The notes under the pieces were generated by a model, which was not told where the DNA came from, made no database searches, and saw only the letters and a list, made by a program, of their open reading frames with translations. Source: Polyangiaceae bacterium (lineage in GTDB: Bacteria; Myxococcota_A; Polyangia; Polyangiales; Polyangiaceae). Taken from it: a DNA stretch of 64,000 nt. The first letter of the stretch is position 1; each line of letters begins with the position of its first letter. A program made the translations under genes and the position numbers. Shown one piece after another: positions 28,201 to 37,010 of this stretch. The DNA lies in assembly GCA_046351325.1 (NCBI GenBank), contig JAXLYR010000002.1, positions 560,334-624,333 of the forward strand, given 5' to 3'.

Positions 28201-30458
28201 TGTGTCGCGCGGCGACCTCCGAGTGCGACGTCGCTGAGGTTTGCAACGGCATTGTGGGCTCCTGTCCAGCGGACGCGGCCAAGCCAGTCGACACGATCTG
28301 CGGGGCTCCCGTGGCCGGCCCTTGCGACCTCGAGGATCGGTGCGCGGGCACTGTGGGCGCCTCCGCGACGTGCCAAGCGCGGTTCGTTTTGGGGGGGACG
28401 ATCTGCAGAGCCAGCACTGGGCCTTGTGACCCTTCGGAGTCCTGTAGTGGTGGGAACGCCGCGTGCCCGGCTGACACGCTGTTCCCCGCGGGCATGCTTT
28501 GCCGCTCGGCCTCGGGGCCGTGTGACGCGCCAGACTATTGCTCCGGTTCGAGCGGGACGTGCGCGGACGCGGTCCTCGATCCGAGCACGATCTGTCGCGC
28601 AGCGGTCTCTCAATGTGATCTCGACGAGGCGTGCAATGGCGTAGCCAAGACGTGTCCGACCGACGCCGCGCGCCCTGTCGGGTCTGCGTGCAATGGCGCT
28701 CCCGTTGGAGCCTGTGACCTGCAAGACACCTGCTCTGGGACTGTCGGCGCTACGGCTATATGCAACGCGAGGCTCGCCACCAGCGGCACTGTCTGTCGAG
28801 CGGCGGCTGGCACTTGCGACCAGCCGGAGACCTGCACAGGAGCGGCCCCGAGCTGTCCAGTCGACTCCTTCAAGAACACTGTCTGCAGGCCCTCGACGGG
28901 CGTCTGCGATTTGGTCGAGTGGTGCACAGGAGCGGCCCCCGACTGCCCAGCCGACGTCCTCGAGGTCGGGACGCTTTGTCGCGCAGCGGCCGGGGACTGT
29001 GATGTCGCGGAGACCTGTAATGGCCTCTCCGGACAATGCCCTGCCGACGCGCGCTCGGTCGCGGTCTGTAGGCCTTCGGCGGGCCCGTGTGACGAGGCAG
29101 AGTCCTGCGACGGCGTCGCGGTCAGCTGCCCGGCAGACGCGTTCGCACCTGCGAGTCAGGTGTGTAGAACCGCAGCGGGCGCATGTGATCTCGCCGAGGC
29201 CTGCACGGGCTCGTCCGCGACTTGCCCACCTGACGGCCTGCGGGCCTCGGGCGCGCTCTGTCGCGGTTCGACTGGAATTTGCGACGCCGCAGAGACCTGC
29301 AACGGCAGCTCTCCTGCTTGCCCTACGGACTTGTTCGCGCCGCCGACGACAGTATGTCGGCCCTCTCTTGGGGTCTGCGACCTCGAGGAGAAATGCAATG
29401 GCGTGAGTGGCTCGTGTCCCGCGGACGAGGTGGCGTCCCCGACGACAGTTTGTCGGGCCTCAGCAGGGGTCTGCGACCCCGAGGAGAAATGCAATGGCGT
29501 GAGTGTATTGTGCCCTTCAGATTGGCTCTCCACGGCGGCGTGTCGACCATCGGCTGGTCCTTGCGACTACACGGAGTTCTGCAATGGCGCCATGGCCGAC
29601 TGCCCGCCCGACGGGCTCGTCGCGGCCAACACCGTTTGCCGCTCCGCGGCCGGCGCGTGCGACATCGTCGAGCGCTGCGATGGGGCGTCCCCTGCTTGCC
29701 CGAGCGATGGCCACGCGCTCGTGGGCACGCTTTGCAGACCCTCTCTCAGCGAGTGCGACGCGCCCGAGCACTGCGACGGGAGCGCGGTCTGTCCATTGGA
29801 CGCGGCGGTCGCGGCGGGCACTGCCTGTGGGGTTCAGCCGACAGGCAGCTGCGACCTATGGGACCTTTGCACGGGGACAGTCGGCGCCAGCGCATACTGT
29901 CAGGCTCGTCTCGCCTCGAGCGGGACCATTTGCAGGCCGCCCGATGGCCCGTGCGACGCCCTCGAGCTCTGTGACGGCTCGCACGTGAACTGTCCTGTTG
30001 ACAAGCTTGTCATCGATGGAACTGCCTGTGGTGAGGCTGGCGTCTGTTTGGGCGGTATCTGCGACGAGGGGGGTGGTGGTTCAGGCGGCGCGGGTGGCTT
30101 CGGCGGTGGTGGCGCCGGCGGCCTCGGCGGTGGTGGTGCTGGTGGCGGCGCGGGTGGCCTCGGCGGCGGTGGAGCTGGCGGTCTCGGCGGTGGCGGTGGT
30201 CTCGGCGGCTCGGGTGGCTCCCCAACGGGAGGATCGAGTCTGGGTGGTGGTGGAGACGGGACCGCAGGTACTGGTGGCGCGAACTCGGGTGGTGGTGGAG
30301 ACGAGCCGACCGGCGGAATGGGCGGCGGCGGTGGTGGTGGACAGGGTTGCGACTGTCGCGCGAGCCCGACGAGCTCCGCGCTCGGCGCCCCCTATTGGGT
30401 GCTCGCATTGGCGCTCTTGCTCTCGCGGCGGAAGGGCACTCGCTCGGACAACACCTAG
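25230..30458 (+). CDS. Giant (about 1742 aa) lipoprotein: N-terminal beta-rich region, about 20 tandem Cys-rich repeats, Gly-rich spacer, MYXO-CTERM sorting tail
   Basis: GGAGGG sits 6 nt before ATG 25230. Signal LLSSCEEN. Repeats of type T.CR...G.CD..E.C.G....CP.D. Ends …GGGQGCDCRASPTSSALGAPYWVLALALLLSRRKG. Confidence 0.8.
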   Translation: MLARRALLLPARVFGLVALLSSCEENDSNAPDAQPSAAVAAPSAMPAPRPELQAVPEGAPIFTRTAAGWTALGASLSVTVDDSDVSLTSEQATLHVETEQMGRGEDAAVGAREVHERPDGAVAIAYSSVEEIWRASDTSAEQSFHFAEVPEGAGDWTVRLGVSGLERASAGEGGVVFEGADGAFFRYGVATWVDALGARTTIVPSYEAGRIVLRVPEALLESSAYPAVLDPVITPLSELDVGNPGAGPNLDRFGPGKWAACGASRCLIAIRPTSGVSLLIWTELDGGPIGGGAYAPIPTPTVAGVGYDSGRFTVLTQPSTAVLHLTRYDESGATVGGFDAVTTNNTKFNPAINCGHGFCLLTWVQDSLPGPSFAARVMADDSLPDFLGFPLIPYTVRRVTAAIGPTQMAVQFDSSSISRYNHDTTYIDSGGSYTANPDTIVGTVVAGPSAFVFSTEKFVWALDYSWVPLPMSASARVLCDAGSVDGFQYYYPGDTGLTYASDRLFMAVVRDPDPNGYVLANNVLIGAQDPAFVACLTSDGYQSLAQNLLAKQSRPVLVTSGTDALALFQHADMRLKELDTVRVRRFGATGPTGPEYVLTQHQAVQFRPALASDGAGYMAVWTEARLGGFAVMALPLDGLGSPTASPRLLDFNQAGPIETGAFPQTIERTPSVAWNGSRYIVGWSRFDPDAPSSQWVVRLDSTGNPLDPAPIRVSPIDTVTRNEAIVASNGAVDLVGFHTSTGEFRVYRLGASGAPLESQGIYLGGGAGTAVDAAWDGTRFFVASSAGLHRLSAAGTLLEANVFGPALAGPRLACSPTACLVVHAQARLFAGDSSAIGGAITYATGTPSEWSATYNGVDYVVAYTDASGTLWGRTLSSAGVPQGSSPFLVLSGQNSQPAVASRGDGTAIVLTARRDGTSPSGRLRIFSGRIEASLSLGQACSTNDDCGSQYCVDGVCCNSLCGAGAADCQGCSVATGALTNGTCRVYSASSVCRAATSECDVAEVCNGIVGSCPADAAKPVDTICGAPVAGPCDLEDRCAGTVGASATCQARFVLGGTICRASTGPCDPSESCSGGNAACPADTLFPAGMLCRSASGPCDAPDYCSGSSGTCADAVLDPSTICRAAVSQCDLDEACNGVAKTCPTDAARPVGSACNGAPVGACDLQDTCSGTVGATAICNARLATSGTVCRAAAGTCDQPETCTGAAPSCPVDSFKNTVCRPSTGVCDLVEWCTGAAPDCPADVLEVGTLCRAAAGDCDVAETCNGLSGQCPADARSVAVCRPSAGPCDEAESCDGVAVSCPADAFAPASQVCRTAAGACDLAEACTGSSATCPPDGLRASGALCRGSTGICDAAETCNGSSPACPTDLFAPPTTVCRPSLGVCDLEEKCNGVSGSCPADEVASPTTVCRASAGVCDPEEKCNGVSVLCPSDWLSTAACRPSAGPCDYTEFCNGAMADCPPDGLVAANTVCRSAAGACDIVERCDGASPACPSDGHALVGTLCRPSLSECDAPEHCDGSAVCPLDAAVAAGTACGVQPTGSCDLWDLCTGTVGASAYCQARLASSGTICRPPDGPCDALELCDGSHVNCPVDKLVIDGTACGEAGVCLGGICDEGGGGSGGAGGFGGGGAGGLGGGGAGGGAGGLGGGGAGGLGGGGGLGGSGGSPTGGSSLGGGGDGTAGTGGANSGGGGDEPTGGMGGGGGGGQGCDCRASPTSSALGAPYWVLALALLLSRRKGTRSDNT

Positions 30459-30463
30459 AGATC

Positions 30464-30498
30464 TCTCGCTTTTCAGGAGGGCTCGCTTTTCAGGAGGG
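30464..30498. repeat. Tandem 18-bp direct repeat containing an SD-like CAGGAGGG, in the 5' leader of the next gene
   Basis: CTCGCTTTTCAGGAGGG occurs at 30464-30480 and 30482-30498. Confidence 0.6.
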
Positions 30499-30521
30499 CG
30501 TGGTTCGGGTAGGAGTCCCCT

Positions 30522-31100
30522 GTGGACGCAGCCTTCACGGAGCCCGACTTAGCTGCAGGGTTGGATGTCGCTGGCCACCTCCAAAGAGTCCCGCGCGACG
30601 CGATCGTCAAAGGGCTGTTTCTTCAGGGCGCGATTCACACCGCCACGCGCGCTCGTGGCAACCCGCCGCCGGTTGCTCACGTCTCCAAGTTCGCGAGTTA
30701 CCCCGCTCAAGAGGCTGCGGACATCATCGCTCGCTGCGCATCGCACGGGTTCCCGAAGCTCCCACCGCGCGAGGCCCTGCGTCGGGTCGGGCTCGACGCC
30801 TATCCAACGTTGCTCGAGTCGAGCGCGGGCAAGGTCTTGGTCGCGCTCACTGGGCTCGATTGGTCGATGGCTGTCGACCTCCTGCCCAAGGCCTACGCGC
30901 TCGCGGGCTCGGCCCGCGTTCGCACTGTCAGTCGCGAGGCTGGGCGCGCCATCATCGAGCTCCGGTCCCTTTGGACCTTCGTCGACTGCTACCACGTCGG
31001 CGTGTTTCAAGGCGGCATGAAGGCCTTCGGCGTGCAGGGCACCGTCGCGGTTCGGCCGATCGGACCCGCGGACGCGGACTTCGAGTTGCGCTGGCAGTGA
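30522..31100 (+). CDS. Conserved hypothetical cytoplasmic protein (possibly the myxobacterial paralogous family TIGR02265/DUF2378)
   Basis: GTG start with AGGAG 8 nt upstream. 192 aa, globular composition. Family assignment is from memory only. Confidence 0.45.
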   Translation: MDAAFTEPDLAAGLDVAGHLQRVPRDAIVKGLFLQGAIHTATRARGNPPPVAHVSKFASYPAQEAADIIARCASHGFPKLPPREALRRVGLDAYPTLLESSAGKVLVALTGLDWSMAVDLLPKAYALAGSARVRTVSREAGRAIIELRSLWTFVDCYHVGVFQGGMKAFGVQGTVAVRPIGPADADFELRWQ

Positions 31101-31230
31101 CCGCCAGGTCGTGAGCGTCAGCGCTCATGGCTTACTCGATTGTCAATATCATGCAGGTCGAGGGGCTCGGTCGATCCGCCTTGAAGAGAGCGCCGCGGGC
31201 CGATTACCCTCCACTCGAAGAGGACTGCCC

Positions 31231-31698
31231 ATGCTGACCAATCCGCTGCTCATCACCATTGCACTGGCTTCGTTCGCGTCCGGCCATCAGCGGCTCCCCA
31301 CGATCGCTGCCCCCGCCGACGCACCGGCCGTCGCCGCCGATCGCTCGAACCCGCCCACGGTCGACGAGTGGAACGCTCAAACCAAAGAGGTGACCGTCAC
31401 CGGCTCGAGCACGTTGAACTGCGAGACCAAGATGGTCCGCGAGTGGCTGCGCGTGTCTTGCCGCGGCAAGAACAAGAGCGGCGGGACGACGAACGGTGTG
31501 GTCGTGACCAAAGGCGACAACAAGAACGACGTCTTCACCTTTGCCGGCAAGGGGGTGTCGAGCCTCGTCGTCCGCTTCGTGGAGGGCGTGGATCTCGACG
31601 CTACCTTCAGCTGGACGGACGGCTCTCACGACTTGCACGTCGTCTGGGCGAAGGGCTCCCCCGAGCCCGCGGCGAAGGGCAAATTCGACGGCGTCTGA
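31231..31698 (+). CDS. Small secreted hypothetical protein
   Basis: AGAGGA sits 7 nt before the ATG. Signal peptide MLTNPLLITIALASFASG. About 155 aa. Confidence 0.55.
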   Translation: MLTNPLLITIALASFASGHQRLPTIAAPADAPAVAADRSNPPTVDEWNAQTKEVTVTGSSTLNCETKMVREWLRVSCRGKNKSGGTTNGVVVTKGDNKNDVFTFAGKGVSSLVVRFVEGVDLDATFSWTDGSHDLHVVWAKGSPEPAAKGKFDGV

Positions 31699-31780
31699 CC
31701 CACGGTTCGGCCGCTGAGCTCCATTCTATTGGCGGCAGCGACACATTGACTCGAGGGCCTCTGTCTGGGACCTTCGAGCG

Positions 31781-33613
31781 GTGCCGTTGGTAAAGGTGAG
31801 GGGGATCGTCAGGCTCGGGGGCTTGGCCGTTGGGGCGTTGGCCGTTGGGGGCTTGGCCGTTGGGGGCGCGTGTGATGCGCGCCGCTCCCAGCAAAACTCG
31901 GCCTCCAGCGTGGTCGTCGCGCCGTCCGCATCAGCGCCGTCGGCTTCTCAGGCGCGCGGCTCGACGTCACCCCGTTCGGGCGCGGGCGACCCTATCCCGC
32001 CTTTGCTCCTCGATACTCGGTCGGTCGGCGCGAGCCCGGACCCGGACCCGATCGTGGCGACCATGGAGCCGCTGCCTGCAAAGTACGCTTGTGCGACGCT
32101 GACCGCCCGTGGCCACAAGCTGCGCAAGGTCCCTCGGCGAACAGCGGATACCTATGCAAAGTGTAAAGCTGTACTTGACGCACCCGCGGGTGACCTCCAA
32201 TCGTGTGTAGAGCTCGCGAGGCTCCTCGAGGTCGCTCCCCGCGACGAGGTGCTTAGTGACAACGTCGCAGCGCGGGCGTGTGCTCGGGGCAACCGAGTCG
32301 CCTGTCGCAGGCTCGCGCTGGGGCGGCTCGACTCCGGCGCGCGGTTCGATCCCATCTGTGCGGCGAGTCTATTGGACACACTCTGCGGCGAGGGCGATCT
32401 GTCGGCCTGCTTTCGGCTCGGCACCCTCAAAGTGGAGGGGGAGCTCGCAGTCCAGGACGTCGCGGCCGGCGAAGCGCTGGTCAAGCGCGCTTGTGACGAG
32501 GGCGAATATATGGCGTGTCTCGACATCGTCGAGCGCGGGGCGCACAAGCTAGTAGGTGGCCAGCGCCCGTCGGAGATGTCCGACGAGGAGAAGCGCCGCA
32601 TCGTCGAAGGGGCGTTCACCAGCGTCACGAAGGCCTGCTCTCTCGACGACGCAGACGCTTGTTTGGAGCTCGGTCGAGCCTATTCGCACGCTGGACAATG
32701 GTATTATCTAGCGTCCCAACCGGCCGACGAGGCGAAGTCGGTCGCGGCGAATCGCCGCGCGTGCAACCTCGGACTCGAGGACGCCTGCAGTGAACTCGAG
32801 CGTGACCAGCGGACTGACACGTACAAAGACGACTGTGACGAGTCGCGTATGGCGTGTGCGCCGCCGCTCAACTCCAAAGACCCCGACCAATATCCCGAGT
32901 GGATATTTCATCGCTGTGCTGCGGGCTGGGACAGCGCATGCGAGGGGCTGAGGCTGTCTCTGCGCGTCAACCGTTCGAAGGATCCAGCCGTGATCGAGCG
33001 CCGCACGCGCGTGCTCGAGACGGGCTGTCTCGAGGGCGCGGCCGGCGCCTGCTCCTTCTTGTTGGTGGGCAAGCTCGGCCCGTTCGAGCCCTCCGAGGCC
33101 TTCTTGAAGACTGGCTGTGAGCTCGGGGTCGCGGAGAGCTGCCGTCGACTCGCGACCAAGGCCGGCGCGACTGGCGACCACACTCTGGAGCTCGAATATC
33201 TGGAGCTGGGCTGTCCAGTCGTGACGCCGCTCGGGGGGACCTCGACCTCGCGGCTCGCGTGTCGACTCGCAGGCCTCATGTACAAAGACGGCGTCGGCAC
33301 CCAGCCCGATCTCGGGCGCGCGGCGATCCTCCTCCAGAAGGGTTGCGTCGAGCGTCGCTACGTCCTCGACGGTGAGTCCTGCCTGGTCCTCGGGACGATG
33401 TTCGAGAGCGGACTCGGCGTGGAGAAGAACCTGGCCCGCGCCCTCGACCTTTATGCAGCAGGCTGCGCGGACGAGAATTACATGGATATCGTTCGGTCGC
33501 GTGCGGAGCGACGCCGCTCTCCGAACAGCCCTCCACTCGAGCCCAAACCCGAGCGGCGCGAGCCCTCGGCCTGCGCACGACTGCGAGCGAGCGAGAGCGG
33601 GGGTGCCCAATGA
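31781..33613 (+). CDS. Sel1/Hcp-like Cys-rich repeat lipoprotein
   Basis: Lipoprotein-type signal (…LAVGGLAVGGAC). Repeated AC..G...AC..LG..Y..G.GV..D modules. The N-terminal signal is encoded by 15-bp tandem DNA repeats. Confidence 0.7.
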   Translation: MPLVKVRGIVRLGGLAVGALAVGGLAVGGACDARRSQQNSASSVVVAPSASAPSASQARGSTSPRSGAGDPIPPLLLDTRSVGASPDPDPIVATMEPLPAKYACATLTARGHKLRKVPRRTADTYAKCKAVLDAPAGDLQSCVELARLLEVAPRDEVLSDNVAARACARGNRVACRRLALGRLDSGARFDPICAASLLDTLCGEGDLSACFRLGTLKVEGELAVQDVAAGEALVKRACDEGEYMACLDIVERGAHKLVGGQRPSEMSDEEKRRIVEGAFTSVTKACSLDDADACLELGRAYSHAGQWYYLASQPADEAKSVAANRRACNLGLEDACSELERDQRTDTYKDDCDESRMACAPPLNSKDPDQYPEWIFHRCAAGWDSACEGLRLSLRVNRSKDPAVIERRTRVLETGCLEGAAGACSFLLVGKLGPFEPSEAFLKTGCELGVAESCRRLATKAGATGDHTLELEYLELGCPVVTPLGGTSTSRLACRLAGLMYKDGVGTQPDLGRAAILLQKGCVERRYVLDGESCLVLGTMFESGLGVEKNLARALDLYAAGCADENYMDIVRSRAERRRSPNSPPLEPKPERREPSACARLRASESGGAQ

Positions 33614-34017
33614 GGCCCTCTCAGCGTTGCTCGCTTTATTGGCTTTGCGCGGTCGCGCTCATCGCGCTCTCTTCGGTTCGGTCCGCTTACGCCGATGTAG
33701 CTCCCGACCCCCCGGAGGCCTGCGCCGTACGCTCGGCGGGCGAGCGCTGCTTCGATTCTGTCGGGCGCCCTGGGCGTTGCGAGCCGGGGGACTACACCCG
33801 AGGGCATTGCGTCCTCACACAAGACAGCGCGGTCGCCTCGCCCAGCAGCGCGTCGGCAGCGTCTTCCTCGGAGCCGGAGAATCACCAGGCTCCGCCGCTC
33901 GAGCAGGAGCACGTGTCTGGCTGCTCCGCAACGGCAGAGCCGCTGGTCGGTGGCCTCACGTGGGGCCTCGCTGTCCTTGCGTTCCTGGCGATGCGCCGTC
34001 GTCGGCCACGGCGTTGA
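33610..34017 (+). CDS. Small secreted protein with a MYXO-CTERM-like tail
   Basis: ATGA overlap with the upstream gene. Signal peptide, Cys pairs, and ending …GCSATAEPLVGGLTWGLAVLAFLAMRRRRPRR. Confidence 0.55.
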   Translation: MRPSQRCSLYWLCAVALIALSSVRSAYADVAPDPPEACAVRSAGERCFDSVGRPGRCEPGDYTRGHCVLTQDSAVASPSSASAASSSEPENHQAPPLEQEHVSGCSATAEPLVGGLTWGLAVLAFLAMRRRRPRR

Positions 34018-34059
34018 GTCGCCAGCCGGGCAGGGGTGATTGGTATATCCTCTGCCAAC

Positions 34060-35187
34060 ATGCGAGTGCTCGATTGGGTTATTGCCATTGCGACCTTGGC
34101 GTCGATGGGTTGTGGGGATGACGGGTCGCAGGGGGGCGGCGGCGCTGGCGGCTCGCCCATTAGCGGCGGCGCAGGTGGGCTGGGCACGGGTGGGGACGGC
34201 GGCGCCAGCGTCGAGAGCCGCGTCCTCGTCTCCGTCGCGCTCCACCTCGAGCCCAGCACTGCTTATTCCCAGTGCGCTGTGGCTGGTTATTACGGGACCC
34301 GTGACCGCCTCGTCGAGTTCGTCAAAGCGACCAGCGCGCTCGGCGCGACGCTCAACATCCAGTCGGACAATACCTTCTTGGAAGGGATCCGAGACTGCGA
34401 AGCGACCGCCACGCACACGAACACGGACGGGATGAGCCTGGGTGATTGGCTCGCGGCGCAATCGGGGGTCGAGTTCGACGCTCATAAAGAGGGCGGCAAC
34501 GAGCTCAACGGCACAGGCACTGGGCCTGACGATTTCCTTTACGCTGATGTCCACGCGCTCCTCGACGCGGACGTACCGAACCCGAGCGACGTCGTCGGTG
34601 GCCTCATTTGGCAGGACGCCAATCAGCTCGCCCGACTGGAGGATCCTGCGGGGGCGACGGGCGTCGATCCTGCCTCTCCTCCTTGGTTCCCCGCGATCCT
34701 CAGCCTCGCTGTCGGCACGAACCACCACCTCGGGAACTTCGACGACGACGACTTCTCGAGCGGCGTCTGGCGCCCCAAAGGCGCCAACGCGGACTTCACG
34801 ACGGACGACCCGGCCAAGCTGCCTTATGTCGGGCCGGGGCTTCAGCACACCGACTGGGGCAACACCTGTCCTTATGGCTTCCACGACGCGCGTGATTACA
34901 TCCCTGTAATCCTCACGATGGTGGACGAGGGGTCAGCCGCGCCCGGGCTCTACACCGCGACGCTCGCTTTGCCCGAGGACACGTTGAAGCTCGGGGACCC
35001 TGCGGGGCGGTGGGCGCACGCCATCGAGATCATCGAGGGCGTCAATGAGCTCGCCGCGGCCGACGCCCGAATCCAGTGGGCGAACTACAGCACAGTCGTC
35101 GAGACGTGGCAGACGGAGTTCGCGAGCTCACCGACCCGCGTCGCGCTCACCGACATCCCCGCCGAGCGGTGGACCTGCGCTCCGTGA
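34060..35187 (+). CDS. Hypothetical lipoprotein with a Gly-rich linker
   Basis: MRVLDWVIAIATLASMGCGDDGSQGGGG. Alternative GTG start at 34036. Confidence 0.55.
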   Translation: MRVLDWVIAIATLASMGCGDDGSQGGGGAGGSPISGGAGGLGTGGDGGASVESRVLVSVALHLEPSTAYSQCAVAGYYGTRDRLVEFVKATSALGATLNIQSDNTFLEGIRDCEATATHTNTDGMSLGDWLAAQSGVEFDAHKEGGNELNGTGTGPDDFLYADVHALLDADVPNPSDVVGGLIWQDANQLARLEDPAGATGVDPASPPWFPAILSLAVGTNHHLGNFDDDDFSSGVWRPKGANADFTTDDPAKLPYVGPGLQHTDWGNTCPYGFHDARDYIPVILTMVDEGSAAPGLYTATLALPEDTLKLGDPAGRWAHAIEIIEGVNELAAADARIQWANYSTVVETWQTEFASSPTRVALTDIPAERWTCAP

Positions 35188-36345
35188 TCAATCGGCGAGA
35201 GACACGCTGAGCGGAGAGGCCACCAGCGTCGGGACCTCGGGCGCGCGCACGCTGAGGCCGAGCGCGTCGAGCGACTCCATCGTGTGGGCACGAGCCAAGA
35301 TCGCGACGCGCGCCTTCATCGCGCCGGTGGGGATCGGCACGGTCGCGTCGCGCGCCTCGCCAGGACTCAGCGTCGACGAGCGCATGGACGTCGCGTCGAC
35401 GAGCAGCGTGACGGGGCCGCTCGCGCCCTCTCCGAACACACCGAGGACGAGCGGCGATTCGTGGAGGACTCGGCCGTCCGCATCGACATCGCCGTAAGCG
35501 GAGAGCACCACGTCGCGCTCGTCGAGGAACTCGATTCGCACCCATATACGACGTAGCGCCGCGACCCCCGTCGGGACTGCGTGGCCCGCGCCCGAGTTCG
35601 AAAATCGCACGCGCAACGCTCCATTGTCTGACTCTGCTGTCAGTGTTAGCGCGCGCTCGAGCATCGCTCGGCTCGCCTCGGCGCGCTCGTCGCGCGCGGC
35701 CTCGTCCGCCCCCCAAGCCGCTCGCAGCCCGACGAAGGTGTGGTCTCTCAAGCTGCGTTCGGACGGACCGCCGTCGGCCGCCGGTCCTTCGGCGAGCGCG
35801 GGCATGTGACAATCGATACAGCTCTCCTCACCACCGCCGGCGCGGAAGGCGCTGTACTCCGCGGCCGTCGACTCCACGAAGTGAACAGGACCAGTGACCT
35901 CGTGACACGTGAGGCAGAGCTCCGCGTCCGCGAGGAAGCCAGCAGGCCGCGCGCCGTGTGGGCCGCCGTCGCTGCCGAGCGGGCCCGCCGGCGGACGCCC
36001 CAAGTCGACGATGAGCTTTCCGTCGCGCGGCTCCACGTTGCCGAGGGCGTCATGACAAGAGACACACGAGACGTGTTCGTCGGGGCTGTGCTTCGGCTTG
36101 TGGCAAGCATCACAGCGCTTGCGCGCGCCGATCCCCCAAGCTGCCTCGACGCGCGGGCGTAGCGCATTGAAGACTGGGGAGTCCGCGCTCGTGCCGTGCG
36201 CCGAGTCCGCTTGCTCGCTTTGCTGGCGAGAGTGACACGCCCCGCAGTCGGCATCCTCCATTTGCTCGGTGTCCGGAGGCGCTGCGCACCCGAGCGTCCC
36301 GAGCGCGCCGGAGAGCGCGACCCACAGGAAGACTGAGCGGCTCAT
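35188..36345 (-). CDS. Pentaheme c-type cytochrome lipoprotein
   Basis: Five CxxCH motifs (CGACH, CDACH, CVSCH, CLTCH, CIDCH). Signal with Cys (ALGTLGCAAP). ATGA overlap with the upstream outer-membrane-protein gene. Confidence 0.8.
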   Translation of the reverse strand: MSRSVFLWVALSGALGTLGCAAPPDTEQMEDADCGACHSRQQSEQADSAHGTSADSPVFNALRPRVEAAWGIGARKRCDACHKPKHSPDEHVSCVSCHDALGNVEPRDGKLIVDLGRPPAGPLGSDGGPHGARPAGFLADAELCLTCHEVTGPVHFVESTAAEYSAFRAGGGEESCIDCHMPALAEGPAADGGPSERSLRDHTFVGLRAAWGADEAARDERAEASRAMLERALTLTAESDNGALRVRFSNSGAGHAVPTGVAALRRIWVRIEFLDERDVVLSAYGDVDADGRVLHESPLVLGVFGEGASGPVTLLVDATSMRSSTLSPGEARDATVPIPTGAMKARVAILARAHTMESLDALGLSVRAPEVPTLVASPLSVSLAD

Positions 36346-36932
36346 GGCTGGACGTGGACCGACAGCCCGAGGATCGCTTGGCCGAGTCCGAAGGTCCGAT
36401 ATTCCTCCCCGACCGAGCCCGACCAACCGAGCGCGGACCGATCATGGCCGAGGTAACCGATCGCTTTCAGGTCTGTAAATAGAGACAGCTCGTCGATGAG
36501 CGCGACGTCGAGGCCGGCGCCCGCCTGGAGTCCAAAGAGGACGTCATCGGAGCGGGGGCCGTCCGGCTGATCGGGGTCCTGCAATGAGAAGACGACACAC
36601 ATCCCCGCGAGCGGTCGGATTCGTACGCGCTCCCCGAGCCGAATGGGAACGAACATATCGAAGCCGACAGGATGGTCGTGGCGAAACCCTCCAGGGCTGT
36701 CGACAAAGACAGCCTCGGCGAAGAGCTCCAGTCCAAACCACTTGTGGGGCACGATCGCCAGGCGTCCGCCCGCGCCTCCACCCGAGTAAGCGCCAGCCCA
36801 GCCCACGCCATAAGCCGAGAGCGAGATCATTCGATCGAAGGTCGAGAGGCTGGGGGCGTCTTCGGCGGCGAATGTACTGTGCGTTACGAATAGAGATGCG
36901 CCGACGACAAAGGAGAAGACGAGCTTCCGCAT
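36342..36932 (-). CDS. Small outer-membrane beta-barrel-like protein
   Basis: Signal peptide MRKLVFSFVVGASLFVTHSTFA, about 196 aa, alternating amphipathic strands with Gly/aromatic-rich composition. Confidence 0.55.
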   Translation of the reverse strand: MRKLVFSFVVGASLFVTHSTFAAEDAPSLSTFDRMISLSAYGVGWAGAYSGGGAGGRLAIVPHKWFGLELFAEAVFVDSPGGFRHDHPVGFDMFVPIRLGERVRIRPLAGMCVVFSLQDPDQPDGPRSDDVLFGLQAGAGLDVALIDELSLFTDLKAIGYLGHDRSALGWSGSVGEEYRTFGLGQAILGLSVHVQP

Positions 36933-37010
36933 GACGAGCCTCCACCCGAGTCGATCGAATGTCGACTTGGACAACCTCGAGTGGAGCGAGCCGTTCGTTC
37001 TTCTGATCGA

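Noticed and set aside
31820-31865. 15-bp tandem repeat CTTGGCCGTTGGGG x3
   Set aside because: Lies inside the coding sequence and encodes the hydrophobic core of the signal peptide (LAVGALAVGGLAVGG). Likely a trivial slippage expansion.
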